Part shown: positions 43,980 to 54,126 of the stretch, in pieces
Layout of the letters: each line of letters starts with the position of its first letter
How positions within the stretch are numbered: the stretch's first letter is position 1
Virus record (IMG/VR): IMGVR_UViG_3300032238_001058
Coordinates: 1-64,000 of that record
Direction: 5' to 3' (one strand)
DNA: 64,000 nucleotides
From: a virus
Notes under the pieces: generated by a model
Told to the model about the DNA's origin: nothing
Database searches by the model: none
What the model saw: the letters and a program-made list of their open reading frames with translations, nothing else
Made by a program: the position numbers and the translations under genes

Positions 43980-44456
43980 ATGGCAAACACTCCTCCACCT
44001 AATTCCGTAAAAAATCTAGGTACCTCTGGAAACGAGGACTCAGATTTAACGCCCGCATCTGGTTACAACGTAGACCTTAGATACGGAAACGCAAAAGAAG
44101 AGGAATATAAAAAAAGGGCGGATGTTCCAACAGTAACCCCTGGTTCTTGGCCCGAAAGACCGTCCTACACAAAAGAAGGAGATGTTATTAACCAGCAGAA
44201 AGCAGAAAAATTTATTAAATCAGCTAAAGCTGCTGGTCGTTTTCAAGTTGCAAGGGATTTAAACGAGTATACGCTCAAAGGCAAGACACCAAGAAATGCA
44301 ACATACACGAATGTTTCTTCTTTTGGCCAGCCTTTTGGAGGATTACAAACGCCCTCGATGGGAGAATCTGGTGGCAAAGGCGGGTACGTTGGATATGCCG
44401 ACAAACCAACGTCATCTGCCGGCAAACCATTCTCTTGGTTAGATAGGTTTGGTTGA
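43980..44456 (+). CDS. hypothetical protein
   Basis: ORF downstream of TACAAT. Confidence 0.65.
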   Translation: MANTPPPNSVKNLGTSGNEDSDLTPASGYNVDLRYGNAKEEEYKKRADVPTVTPGSWPERPSYTKEGDVINQQKAEKFIKSAKAAGRFQVARDLNEYTLKGKTPRNATYTNVSSFGQPFGGLQTPSMGESGGKGGYVGYADKPTSSAGKPFSWLDRFG

Positions 44457-45044
44457 TTAAACCTGAGAGAATACTACGTTATTTGGTTGATCTTGATACT
44501 TGCCCTTTCGGTCCTGGTAACTAACCTCACAAGGGTTACCACGATAGAAAAGTAATTGAGTGATCCCTTCGTTTGCGTATATACGATTAAAAAGTCCAGT
44601 GCAGTTACTTATTTCCAATGTCAAGTAACCTTCCCAACCGCTTTCGGCTGGCGTAATGTTTACAAGGATTCCTGAACGAGCGTACGTAGACTTACCAACT
44701 GCAACTACGGTCACATCTCGTGGTAATTGCAACCGTTCTTGCGCAACGCCAAGGCAATAACCGTATGGAGGAAGTAAAAAATATTGACCGCGTTCGTCTT
44801 CTAAAAGATCCGCAGGTTTCAAAATGGTTGGATCAAAGTTCTTTGGATCACAATCACCACCTTGGATCTTACCAAAAATTAAACACTGACTAGGTGAGAG
44901 CCGGATATCGTAACCGTATGAACTCAGTCCGTAACTAAGGAGCTTGCGTCCGTTTTCTTTGTTGACAAGGTGATCAACAAAGGGTTCGATCATTCCTTTT
45001 TTTTCGGCAAGTTGCTTGATCTCCCAGTCGGCCAGTACGCTCAT
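44457..45044 (-). CDS. dcd: dCTP deaminase
   Basis: SYGLSSYGYDIRL, GKSTYARSG, EGYLTLEISN, YANEGI.Q, SY.DRKGKYQ.Q. Confidence 0.95.
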   Translation of the reverse strand: MSVLADWEIKQLAEKKGMIEPFVDHLVNKENGRKLLSYGLSSYGYDIRLSPSQCLIFGKIQGGDCDPKNFDPTILKPADLLEDERGQYFLLPPYGYCLGVAQERLQLPRDVTVVAVGKSTYARSGILVNITPAESGWEGYLTLEISNCTGLFNRIYANEGITQLLFYRGNPCEVSYQDRKGKYQDQPNNVVFSQV

Positions 45045-45077
45045 GATTTTTTGTAATCGTATTTCAGTATACTCGGC

Positions 45078-45671
45078 TCAAGAAAGGATGTGCCCACGTT
45101 CCGAGTAGATGTCTATGAATCGTTCCGTTGCCTCGCTTGCACAATCCATGGGAGGAAGGTACACAAGGAAAGAAGTACACGTAGTTGCAACTTCAACTTT
45201 TCCTTGGCGATGACGATTGAGCTTTGGCACCGTCCTTAAAATACACATTGGAAATTCAAAAATTTTAGGTTCGTAACGAATCATGTCAGGACAATTACTA
45301 AAATAAAGACCTTGCTTTACTTGACCTGACAACCATTCATGGTACAAACGCCGAAACCATACGGCATGAGAAGAGGTCAATGATAAAGCAGAGGCTCGTG
45401 TCATTTTCCATCGTTCATGTTTCTTATCCCAAAAATATGCTCCAGCGGGGGGAAACAAATATACATTTCCATACCAAAGTTGCGTATTTAATGCATCATC
45501 TGATGGTGTGTAAAACTGTTTAGCTTGTACATATTCGTTGGCAATTTTGGAACTTGCTACATCTAGATCAATTCCACTCATCAATTCGTTAGCAGCACAT
45601 ACAAGATCCGAGCTAGTGATCCACTCAATTTCTTCGGACTTGGATTTAATCTTGCGAGCGCCTCCGGTCAT
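45078..45671 (-). CDS. phage Dam-like N6-adenine methyltransferase homolog with degenerate catalytic motif
   Basis: EW.T, IDLDVASS, DDAL...WYGNVYLFPPAG (NPPY position). Confidence 0.7.
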   Translation of the reverse strand: MTGGARKIKSKSEEIEWITSSDLVCAANELMSGIDLDVASSKIANEYVQAKQFYTPSDDALNTQLWYGNVYLFPPAGAYFWDKKHERWKMTRASALSLTSSHAVWFRRLYHEWLSGQVKQGLYFSNCPDMIRYEPKIFEFPMCILRTVPKLNRHRQGKVEVATTCTSFLVYLPPMDCASEATERFIDIYSERGHILS

Positions 45672-46060
45672 TTTTTTTCATCCACTTTGTTGTAATCAAT
45701 TTCTAAATAACGCATGCCGTCACGATCGTTAATCAAGTATCCTGCTTTTTCCAGGGGATTAATCTTTTGTGCGGCTTCAAGAATACGTCTAAATGTTTCA
45801 GCTAGATCTCCATTATTTTCATGTTCACACTCCTCTTGTGCTGAGTGCAACTCTTTGAGTGTCATGAAAAACATTGAACGTTCTTTGTTTTTAGGTTGAA
45901 AGACCATGATACCTGGCCCCTCAACTTCCCACATTTTGCAGTAATGCTGCCCCATGTCACTCAGAATTAATTTCAAAGTGCCGTCAAGGATCTTGGCTTT
46001 TGTTTCATCCATCTCTGGACCAATAACAGAAGCAATTAACTTTTCACGTCGGTTTGACAT
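45668..46060 (-). CDS. hypothetical protein
   Basis: ORF. Confidence 0.7.
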   Translation of the reverse strand: MSNRREKLIASVIGPEMDETKAKILDGTLKLILSDMGQHYCKMWEVEGPGIMVFQPKNKERSMFFMTLKELHSAQEECEHENNGDLAETFRRILEAAQKINPLEKAGYLINDRDGMRYLEIDYNKVDEKK

Positions 46061-46515
46061 TTTTCTATTAACCCTTGGCGTTGTAATGATTCTAGAAGTT
46101 TTTCGGTAGGTTGGTACAAGACAACTAACTTGCCAAGGATGCCACGTTTTTTGACAAGTTTCCCCGCTTGGTCTCGTACCTTGTTAAATTCACCAGATCG
46201 AATCAAGTATTCCGCAACGCATCGAAGCCTTCTTTTCAATGGTAATTCGGCTTGCGGAAATTTACCACAGATTGTGTCTGCTTGTAAATCTTGGAATACA
46301 AGACGTAAACGATTGGCTAAAGTCATGCCAGAATTAATGTCTTCTTCTTCATACTTTTTTAAGTTTTCCAGGTAACGGCGCAGACACCCGTCATCAAATG
46401 ATCCACTGGGAGGGAGAAACATCTCCACTTGATTTGCCAAAGATTCCGGTAGTGTTTCCTGGTAATTCTTAATGGCAACCTTGTTGATATTTACGGTTTG
46501 AAATCGATGTGCCAT
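46036..46515 (-). CDS. hypothetical protein
   Basis: ORF. Confidence 0.7.
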   Translation of the reverse strand: MAHRFQTVNINKVAIKNYQETLPESLANQVEMFLPPSGSFDDGCLRRYLENLKKYEEEDINSGMTLANRLRLVFQDLQADTICGKFPQAELPLKRRLRCVAEYLIRSGEFNKVRDQAGKLVKKRGILGKLVVLYQPTEKLLESLQRQGLIEKCQTDVKS

Positions 46516-46925
46516 TATTTAAGGAACGCGTTGGTTGACTGATACATATCTGCGCGGCCTCGTAAATCCACCGAAGTTAACTCACGGTTTTTGGCAAAAG
46601 ATTGAATAAGTTGATTCCAAGGGATACGAAGGACTGCTTTACGGTTTGTTCCGGGGGATATGTTGACGTAATGAATGCCCTCGACCCAGCCTTTTGCCGG
46701 TTCTTTTCTTCCAATTGCAATCCAATTTCTAATGGTTTGATCGGATACTCCAAGACGTCGTCCACATTCTTCGGTTGAAACATATTCATCAGCATAAGCA
46801 TCTGGACATAAAGCGTCTGTTTCTTCGTTTGAATATCGGCTGTGCCACATAGAAGCAAGGATATTTCGTATCCCTTTTAGTTCTTGTGCAATGTCCTCAA
46901 GGCCCTTTCTGATTCCGTAACTCAT
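46515..46925 (-). CDS. excisionase/MerR-like HTH protein
   Basis: YVSTEECGRRLGVSDQTIRNWI...W.EGIHY. Confidence 0.75.
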   Translation of the reverse strand: MSYGIRKGLEDIAQELKGIRNILASMWHSRYSNEETDALCPDAYADEYVSTEECGRRLGVSDQTIRNWIAIGRKEPAKGWVEGIHYVNISPGTNRKAVLRIPWNQLIQSFAKNRELTSVDLRGRADMYQSTNAFLK

Positions 46926-46972
46926 AACTACAGGCGTTCTGTTTATATGTTAGTCTGTCAACAAAACCATTT

Positions 46973-47275
46973 GTGACGATGGAAGAGCAAGTTTTACCTA
47001 GCCAAGTACCAGTGCAACCTCCCCTGGAGCCACAGATCACACCTGAGCAGTTGGCTGAAATGAAAGCAATGGCGCGAGAACGTGCCATCCAGCAAACCAT
47101 TGCTCAACGTGCAGTTTTACCGCAACAACCGCAGGTGGTTTATGTGCGCCGCAACCTTACGGTTGCAGAATTACTGCTTGTGATCTTGCTTTCTTGTGGA
47201 ATTGTAACAGGACTTCAAGTATCGTGGAACTTTATTTCTAACTTGTTGCCACGAATCGAGGTTAAGATGCGCTAA
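46973..47275 (+). CDS. membrane protein
   Basis: C-terminal TM helix. Confidence 0.65.
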   Translation: MTMEEQVLPSQVPVQPPLEPQITPEQLAEMKAMARERAIQQTIAQRAVLPQQPQVVYVRRNLTVAELLLVILLSCGIVTGLQVSWNFISNLLPRIEVKMR

Positions 47276-47322
47276 GTAAAACGCTTTATAATTAAAGCAT
47301 AGGTATTCTGTACGAATAGCAG

Positions 47323-48942
47323 GTGGCAAATAGAAGGATTTCCGAATTTCCGTCAATTAACGGCACTGCTATTGATGAGCAGGACTTGCTAACGCTTGTC
47401 CATGTATTTGAGGTAGACCCTACTCTGCGTAATAAAAAGATTACCTTTACGCAGTTCAAAGAATACCTCAATTTGTACTATGCTCCAGCAAGCGGTGCAA
47501 CCTTTAGTGGCAACGTAACTATTGCTGGAAATCTTACCGTAACTGGTACGAGTACTTTTGCAGCACTCAACAGTTCAAGCCTTGGAACTTTTAGTGGAAT
47601 CCTTGTACAAAATAATGCAACTGTAAGTGGAACTGTAAGCGGCACAACAATCACTGGTACCAATCTTCAAGGTACCAATGTCAACGCTATTACTGTCACA
47701 ACAACAACTGCGACCGGAACTACGGCCAACTTTACGAGTGGGCGTTTTCAATCTTTATCAGGCGCAACAATCACAGGTGGACAAGTCACTGCTACCTCTG
47801 GTACCTACACCACATTAAGTGGAACAACAATTACAGGCACCACTGTTGCGGCAACTACAGGTACATTCCAAACTCTTTCGACTCCCATTCTCACCGTTAG
47901 CGGCAACTTGTCCGTTGCAAGTGGACTAACAGTAACTGGTCTTGCTCAATTTGCATCTGGTGTACAAGTAACTGGTACGTTATCTGGTACTACCGTTACT
48001 GGGACAACTGCAAGTTTTAGCACTGTAAGTGGTGTATCTGGGATATTCACTACCCAAGTTTCAGGTGCAACCATAACCGGAAACAATGTACTTGCATCTA
48101 ATGTCACGGGAGTTTCTGGCGTATTTACTACAAGGGTTTCAGGTGCCACCGTAACTGGCAACACAGGATCCTTTGGTAACGTAAACGGAATCTCTGGCGT
48201 CTTTACCCAGTCTCTGTCTGGGGCCATGATCACAGGTGACGCTGGTCGTTTTTCTGTAATCACTGGTGTATCCGGTGTTTATACAAACATATCCGGTACC
48301 ACAATCACTGGAGATACCGCTCTAGTTACAAATATCACTGGTGTATCCGGTGTGTTCACCAGCCGTGTGTCTGGTACCACCGTTACAGGTACTACGGCTG
48401 CATTTACAAACATTACTGGTGTATCTGGCGTTTTTACCACCAGTGTTTCAGGTGCAACCGTAACTGGTATAAGCGGGCAATTTGTCAACGTTACAGCAGG
48501 CACTGGAATATTTACACTTGTTTCCGGTACCACTGTTACAGGTGACACAGGTTCTTTTACTAACCTCACTGGTATTGTTGGTATTTTTACCACGAGTGTC
48601 TCAGGTGTAACCGTAGCAGGCACGACAGTTACTGGTGCAACAGGCATCTTTACTTACGTGACCGGCACCACAATTACCGGCGTAACTATAAATGCTGCAA
48701 CAGGTGTATTTACTACGCTTCAAGCAACCAACCTTAGTTTTACCAACACAACAGTCTCTGGTAACTTAACAGTTGTTGGATCTGGTTTTTTTGGTTCTGG
48801 TGTTTCTATTACAGGTGCCGTTACTGGCGTAAGCGGTGTATTTACCGCTCCTTCTGGCGCCACACCTACTTTGATTTCCTCTGGTGTAATTTCAGGGGAT
48901 GCAGGTTTAATTATTCGTGGAACCATCACGGTTCTTCCGTAA
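47323..48942 (+). CDS. tail fibre / beta-solenoid repeat structural protein
   Basis: many ~30-aa TG(V/I)SG(V/I)FT..VSG.T(V/I)TG repeats. Confidence 0.75.
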   Translation: MANRRISEFPSINGTAIDEQDLLTLVHVFEVDPTLRNKKITFTQFKEYLNLYYAPASGATFSGNVTIAGNLTVTGTSTFAALNSSSLGTFSGILVQNNATVSGTVSGTTITGTNLQGTNVNAITVTTTTATGTTANFTSGRFQSLSGATITGGQVTATSGTYTTLSGTTITGTTVAATTGTFQTLSTPILTVSGNLSVASGLTVTGLAQFASGVQVTGTLSGTTVTGTTASFSTVSGVSGIFTTQVSGATITGNNVLASNVTGVSGVFTTRVSGATVTGNTGSFGNVNGISGVFTQSLSGAMITGDAGRFSVITGVSGVYTNISGTTITGDTALVTNITGVSGVFTSRVSGTTVTGTTAAFTNITGVSGVFTTSVSGATVTGISGQFVNVTAGTGIFTLVSGTTVTGDTGSFTNLTGIVGIFTTSVSGVTVAGTTVTGATGIFTYVTGTTITGVTINAATGVFTTLQATNLSFTNTTVSGNLTVVGSGFFGSGVSITGAVTGVSGVFTAPSGATPTLISSGVISGDAGLIIRGTITVLP

Positions 48943-48987
48943 ACCTATCTATTTATTTGTACAGTAAAATAAAGAAAAAAGATTATC

Positions 48988-50910
48988 ATGGCGTACGGCA
49001 CCATCAAGGTAGATAACATTACTTTCACCAATGCTGGAAGTGATCAAACTATTACGGTCTCTGGTTTATTTGCATCTACTTCTGGAAACCTGACAGTCAC
49101 TGGTACTGTATCTGGTAATACAATTAAAGGTCAAACAATTTCAGGTGTTACGGTCACTGGCACGACTGCAAACTTTACCAGTGGCAACTTTACCAATATC
49201 AGTGGTGGCACCTATACAATTACTTCGGGTGTGTTTGCTGCAGGTAGTGCAGCAGCTCCATCAATTAGTTTTGCGTCTTATCCTAATACGGGGTTGTATC
49301 GCCCTGGTGCAGATCAAATCGCCATTGCAACTAGTGGCACTGGGCGTTTATTTGTTGATGCAAATGGAAACATTGCGATAGGCACTTCTGCCACATCTAA
49401 TTTTGGTTCAACGGCTAGAAGTTTTGATATTAACTCAGCCGGCGGTGTAGCCAATTTATATGTAAAAACAGGCACGGTTGGTGGCGGCCTAATGGCTGAT
49501 GCCGGCAACGGTTACATACAAGTTTGGACAGCAACAAGTCATCCAATTGCATTTAACATTGCTTTTTCGGAAAAGATGAGGCTTGATACCTCAGGCCGCC
49601 TAGGTCTGGGGGCTACTACAGCTCCAGGAAGTATTGATGCCAAAATGTGGATTGATCAATCTTCGACCAGTGATTACGGTTTAGAGATTAACTCAAGTGG
49701 TGGCGTAAAAAGACCGGGTCTTTGGTTCAGAGATGCCTCAGGTGCGCTTGCAGGCCGAATTGTCGGACAAGCGGGTCTAGAACTTGCAACCACTGCCAGC
49801 GCCACTCCTGCAGTAACTATTGACGCATCACAGCGAGTAGGGATTGGGACCAGTAGTCCTGGCAAAACACTTGATGTAAGTGGCGATGCGCGTTTTTATA
49901 GTGATTCAAGTAACGTAGACGTTTCAATTAATCGCCAAGGTAATGGTATATATAATCCAGCTCTGACAATATGGTCTGCATATAGTTTAACCGTTCCTAG
50001 CTTTAGGTTTACTATAGACACCAACGGCACTGCCATTCAGTATCTCAATAAACTGCGGTTTATGGATACTTATGCCAGTAACACAGAACGCGCCCGCATC
50101 GACGGCTCCGGCAGGTTGTTGGTGGGGACTTCTACCAGCCGTAATGCTCGAATTGCCTATGGACCTAGCGGTGGATCACTATCTAGCGACCCTTTCCCCA
50201 TTCAAAATGAATCAGGCAGTGTTGCTGGAGCCTCGTTTATTACTAATCGCAACGCCGATCCAAGTGGTTCTTATGTGGTGCTTGGGAGGTCCAGGGGGCC
50301 AAGTCCAGGTGGTACAGACATTGTCAACGCTGGCGATAACTTGGGTTCTATTTCATTTAACGGTGCTGATGGTACTAATTTAGAAATCGCCGCTACTATT
50401 CGATGCGATGTAGATGGTACCCCTGGCACTGGGGATATGCCGGGCCGCCTCGTTTTTTCCACAACGAGCGATGGTGCGAGCAGCCCAACGGAACGGATGA
50501 GGATCGACAGCTCAGGCAAGTTGTTGGTTGGTACTTCTACAAGCACTATGTCAGGTGCTACTGTTCAGCAAAATGGACTTCATGGTGTTGTTACCAATAC
50601 AGCACTCCTTGCATTGAATGGTACTTTAGATATTACTATTGCTAGTGGTGGCGTCTCTTTTACAGGATTTTTAATTGTTGAAAACACCTATGCACCCTCT
50701 GCAAGTACAAGAACACAAACCTTGTATGCAGTTATGGGCAGGGGAACTACTGCAACATTCACTTCTTTAGCAACTACCAATGGAAGCGTTTCTGCCGCTC
50801 CGTTTACTTTGACTGTTCCTAGTGCTGGCGTAATTCGTTTTACAAACACTACAACAGGAGGAGGTAGTTCTAATTGTAATTTAGTTTGGATGGGTCCTGC
50901 GGGCTACTAA
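48988..50910 (+). CDS. tail fibre protein
   Basis: GSAAAPSISF...TGLY, repeated ER(M/A)RID.SG.LLVGTS modules. Confidence 0.85.
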   Translation: MAYGTIKVDNITFTNAGSDQTITVSGLFASTSGNLTVTGTVSGNTIKGQTISGVTVTGTTANFTSGNFTNISGGTYTITSGVFAAGSAAAPSISFASYPNTGLYRPGADQIAIATSGTGRLFVDANGNIAIGTSATSNFGSTARSFDINSAGGVANLYVKTGTVGGGLMADAGNGYIQVWTATSHPIAFNIAFSEKMRLDTSGRLGLGATTAPGSIDAKMWIDQSSTSDYGLEINSSGGVKRPGLWFRDASGALAGRIVGQAGLELATTASATPAVTIDASQRVGIGTSSPGKTLDVSGDARFYSDSSNVDVSINRQGNGIYNPALTIWSAYSLTVPSFRFTIDTNGTAIQYLNKLRFMDTYASNTERARIDGSGRLLVGTSTSRNARIAYGPSGGSLSSDPFPIQNESGSVAGASFITNRNADPSGSYVVLGRSRGPSPGGTDIVNAGDNLGSISFNGADGTNLEIAATIRCDVDGTPGTGDMPGRLVFSTTSDGASSPTERMRIDSSGKLLVGTSTSTMSGATVQQNGLHGVVTNTALLALNGTLDITIASGGVSFTGFLIVENTYAPSASTRTQTLYAVMGRGTTATFTSLATTNGSVSAAPFTLTVPSAGVIRFTNTTTGGGSSNCNLVWMGPAGY

Positions 50911-51011
50911 TTCTACTGATACCAGGGGGCAACCGGCCTACTCAACAGGTTGCACTCGGTTTATTAGCACAACATATGTTTCCCTGGTAAAATAAAAGAA
51001 AACAATGCGTT

Positions 51012-51335
51012 ATGGCTAACACTGTTTGGGATATTTCCAACATGGAGCGTCATCTTCCTGATGGCGAAACTTGTCCTGATGGCGCTGTCTACACTGTGCA
51101 CTGGACTGCTTCCCTGGAAGAAGACGGTGAAACTGTAGGTGCATATGGTAGCGTCGGTCTTGGTGCTCCTGACCCCACTTCCTTTGTTCCTTTCGATCAA
51201 CTGACCAAAGAAGAAGTTATTGGTTGGGTACTCTCCACCCTTGGCGTGGATCAAGTTGTTTCCATTGAGGAATCACTGTATAACCAAATCCAGCAGAAAG
51301 CTAACCCCACTTCGGCTGCTGGTGTTCCTTGGTGA
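51012..51335 (+). CDS. tail-fibre-associated protein
   Basis: W.I..MER...DGAVYTVHW...FVPFDQLT.E.V.GWV...GVPW. Confidence 0.75.
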   Translation: MANTVWDISNMERHLPDGETCPDGAVYTVHWTASLEEDGETVGAYGSVGLGAPDPTSFVPFDQLTKEEVIGWVLSTLGVDQVVSIEESLYNQIQQKANPTSAAGVPW

Positions 51336-51370
51336 TTAGTTGCTATACTTTTTAAAGTCACTTGTTTAAC

Positions 51371-51547
51371 ATGACCTGCAAGAAGTCTGAACTTGTCTCG
51401 GCAATTAATTCCTTTGGTTCTGCCCGTGCTACCGGCGACGGTAACCTTATTGCTTTTGCTGGTAACCTCATTGGTCAACTCCTGGAAACCATTGAGTTTG
51501 CACCGGAAGAACCGACTGAAACTACCGAGACTGAAGTCGTTGAGTGA
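51371..51547 (+). CDS. hypothetical protein
   Basis: MTCKKSEL... Confidence 0.65.
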   Translation: MTCKKSELVSAINSFGSARATGDGNLIAFAGNLIGQLLETIEFAPEEPTETTETEVVE

Positions 51548-51588
51548 TTTGGTACACTTGACTTAGAGTTAAGAAAACCTCTAGGTCG

Positions 51589-52701
51589 ATGTCCATAAAA
51601 CTTGTTGACGCAGCGCGGTACTTCAAAGAAGAACCACATCAAATTGAAGCGTGGGAATGGCTCCAGACTCAGGTTCCTCCTGAGACTCTGGAGTCTTTTG
51701 CTGTCAAGTATCGCACAACATCAAAACAAGAAAGCCTCTACACAAATACTTGGGATGGTGTAGTAGCAATAGCCAAGAATGCGGGTGCAAAATATCCAGA
51801 GTGTGTTGCTGCTCAATGGGCACTTGAATCAAATTGGGGGAAAGACACTTCAGGAACTCATAACTATTACGGCCTCAAAGGAGCAGGTTCTGCGGTTGAT
51901 ACCAAGGAGTTTGTCAATGGTCAATGGGTAACAATTAAAGCAGGTTTTATTGATTTTCCAGATCTTGGCACTTGTACTTACTACCTTGTTAATCGTTGGT
52001 ACAAGGACTTTGGTGGATATAAGGGTGTGAACAGGGCAACGAGTAGGAATGAATGCGCAAAACTATTGGTTGATGAAGGGTACGCAACTGACCCAAGCTA
52101 TAGTACCAAGTTAATTCAAATCATGGATAAACAACTTGGTACTCCAGGCATCAATGTCAAGGATGCAACCACAACCAAAATTTTGTCCGTTCCATACTTC
52201 TATCAACTTGATAACGTCTCTGGTAAAGGATATCGCGAATGTTTTTCGTCGTCTTGTGCCATGCTTGCTGCTTATTATGGCAAGGTCAAGACTGATGATG
52301 AGTATTGTAAAATCCGTGCTAAATACGGAGATACAACTGATAAAGATGCACAGCTCGCTGCTCTACGCTCCCTGGGACTAGAGCCAACATTCATTACCAA
52401 CTGCAATGCAGCTAGGTTGGAAAATGAGTTACGCAATGACCGACCGGCAGCCGTTGGTTGGTTACATAAAGGCGGTGTCACTGTTCCTACAGGTGGTGGC
52501 CACTGGACTTGTTGCATTGGTTTTACGCCAACTGCATTTGTTCACAACGATCCGAATGGAGAAGCAGACATGTTGTATGGCGGATACACCAGCAATTCTG
52601 CCGCGAGTGGTAAAGGTGTTAAGTACAGTAGGAAAAATTGGTTACGTCGTTGGGAATGCGACGGTCCTAATTCAGGTTGGGCAATCTTTATCTCAAAGTG
52701 A
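51589..52701 (+). CDS. endolysin: GH73 glucosaminidase plus C39-like peptidase
   Basis: AQWALESNWG, NYYGLKG, GYATDPSY; VPYFYQLD..RECFSSSCAM...GHW...NDP. Confidence 0.88.
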   Translation: MSIKLVDAARYFKEEPHQIEAWEWLQTQVPPETLESFAVKYRTTSKQESLYTNTWDGVVAIAKNAGAKYPECVAAQWALESNWGKDTSGTHNYYGLKGAGSAVDTKEFVNGQWVTIKAGFIDFPDLGTCTYYLVNRWYKDFGGYKGVNRATSRNECAKLLVDEGYATDPSYSTKLIQIMDKQLGTPGINVKDATTTKILSVPYFYQLDNVSGKGYRECFSSSCAMLAAYYGKVKTDDEYCKIRAKYGDTTDKDAQLAALRSLGLEPTFITNCNAARLENELRNDRPAAVGWLHKGGVTVPTGGGHWTCCIGFTPTAFVHNDPNGEADMLYGGYTSNSAASGKGVKYSRKNWLRRWECDGPNSGWAIFISK

Positions 52702-52859
52702 AACGTAACAAAGATTTAAAGCTTCGCATCAATATGTGCTGGGAAGTTGGCGACGAAAAAAAATGCGCAACCCTCAGTAAAGAAGAGGCTTACGCAACAA
52801 GGAAATGGGTTGAAGATAATGATGGCGTTATATTTTGGACTCAGGTATTACCTGATTGA
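52698..52859 (+). CDS. hypothetical protein (start approximate)
   Basis: short ORF coupled by GTGA. Confidence 0.55.
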   Translation: MKRNKDLKLRINMCWEVGDEKKCATLSKEEAYATRKWVEDNDGVIFWTQVLPD

Positions 52860-53024
52860 TCAGCGTTGTTTAGCGCGACCAATCACAAGACCGCCAATCT
52901 CAATTAATTTGTACAGCTTGCGCAAGAACTGGTCATCACGCGGGTTGGGAGTCAAAGCGCAAATTGCAGAACATGCTGCGTGAATGGCAAGAGCCACTTC
53001 AAAGTACTGGTTAATGTGGGCCAT
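52860..53024 (-). CDS. 54-aa holin-like membrane protein
   Basis: MAHINQYFEVALAIHAACSAICALTPNPRDDQFLRKLYKLIEIGGLVIGRAKQR*; A.AI.ALTP.P.DD motif. Confidence 0.6.
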   Translation of the reverse strand: MAHINQYFEVALAIHAACSAICALTPNPRDDQFLRKLYKLIEIGGLVIGRAKQR

Positions 53025-53184
53025 GGGTGTGTACCGTTTCTTTTATTGTAGGGTCATACTTCATACATGCGACACTCCAAAGCTCCTGGATTTTCGTCGC
53101 AGTATTTTTGCCAGGCCAATGTTGGTGAGTGTTTTGTTTTTGGGCTTGGTTTTGATTTTTTTAACAGCCTAAGAAGTTGTTTGA

Positions 53185-54102
53185 TCATTGTCTGTTGGTT
53201 AAAGGTACAAAAATTTCAGGGAAACGATTGGTGTCTTGATGCTCATTCTGCCATGCAATTTTCCATTCGGATAGCGAGTGATCGTGTACGGTGTTGAAAT
53301 ACGCATCATCGCCGACTTCTACAGTGATTCCATACTGTCCATACGTAGATGGAGGAATAGTACCCCCAACATCCATTACTGATGTAGCAGATATTTCAAC
53401 ACTGCCTGTGTTTTGAATGATAAAAGGAGTTTCAGTAACAATGTATAGATCTGATGGGATAACAACTGTTGTCAATACAGGACTTACAACAGCTTGTGAC
53501 TGTTGTGCACTTTCTTGAATAAAAATACTTCCATCTAAATCTTCCAGTTCAAACAACATTTCTGCATCTGGAAACTCAATAACAACTCCTAGTTCATAGG
53601 CAAGAGGTTCATTGCGTGTGGTAGAAACACAAATTAAATAGCTTCCTGCTTCCAATGGGTAGTACCGTTCGTCCCCACGGTCAAGACGCAAACGATCAAA
53701 AGTATTGTACAAATCAGACTGCGCACTCATCACCGTATTTAAATACGGAATATATAGTTGTCCATCAGCATACGTAGTGATAGAGTCAGCACCAAAAATT
53801 TCTTGACCTTGGATTGGATTTTTGTTTAAGTCATAGGCAGAAATCTGAATGTAATTAGGACGCGGCGGCCCCTTGGCAAGAATCAACCATGCAGGAGACG
53901 CAATGTTTATCTGAAACCAATGATTGTACGTGCCACCACCAAAACCGCCATTTGAATTTTGGTTTGTATCCGCACGCCCAACAACTTTATTTTGCGGTCC
54001 CAGGGTTCCTTTTAAGTATCGAAGTGATGTGGAACTAAACGTACCAAGTACTAAAGGGTTATTAAAAGTTCTTTGTGCTTGCGTAGCTGTACTGCGAGAC
54101 AT
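53185..54102 (-). CDS. hypothetical protein
   Basis: 305-aa ORF. Confidence 0.7.
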   Translation of the reverse strand: MSRSTATQAQRTFNNPLVLGTFSSTSLRYLKGTLGPQNKVVGRADTNQNSNGGFGGGTYNHWFQINIASPAWLILAKGPPRPNYIQISAYDLNKNPIQGQEIFGADSITTYADGQLYIPYLNTVMSAQSDLYNTFDRLRLDRGDERYYPLEAGSYLICVSTTRNEPLAYELGVVIEFPDAEMLFELEDLDGSIFIQESAQQSQAVVSPVLTTVVIPSDLYIVTETPFIIQNTGSVEISATSVMDVGGTIPPSTYGQYGITVEVGDDAYFNTVHDHSLSEWKIAWQNEHQDTNRFPEIFVPLTNRQ

Positions 54103-54126
54103 TATTGGATTTGTATTTATTGTATT

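Noticed and set aside
38455-46925. Lysogeny module (excisionase-like HTH genes)
   Set aside because: No integrase, repressor or att site visible in this window; these are likely general DNA-binding regulators.
47500-48900. DNA tandem repeat element
   Set aside because: Repeats are protein-level (synonymous positions differ), consistent with a fibre solenoid.
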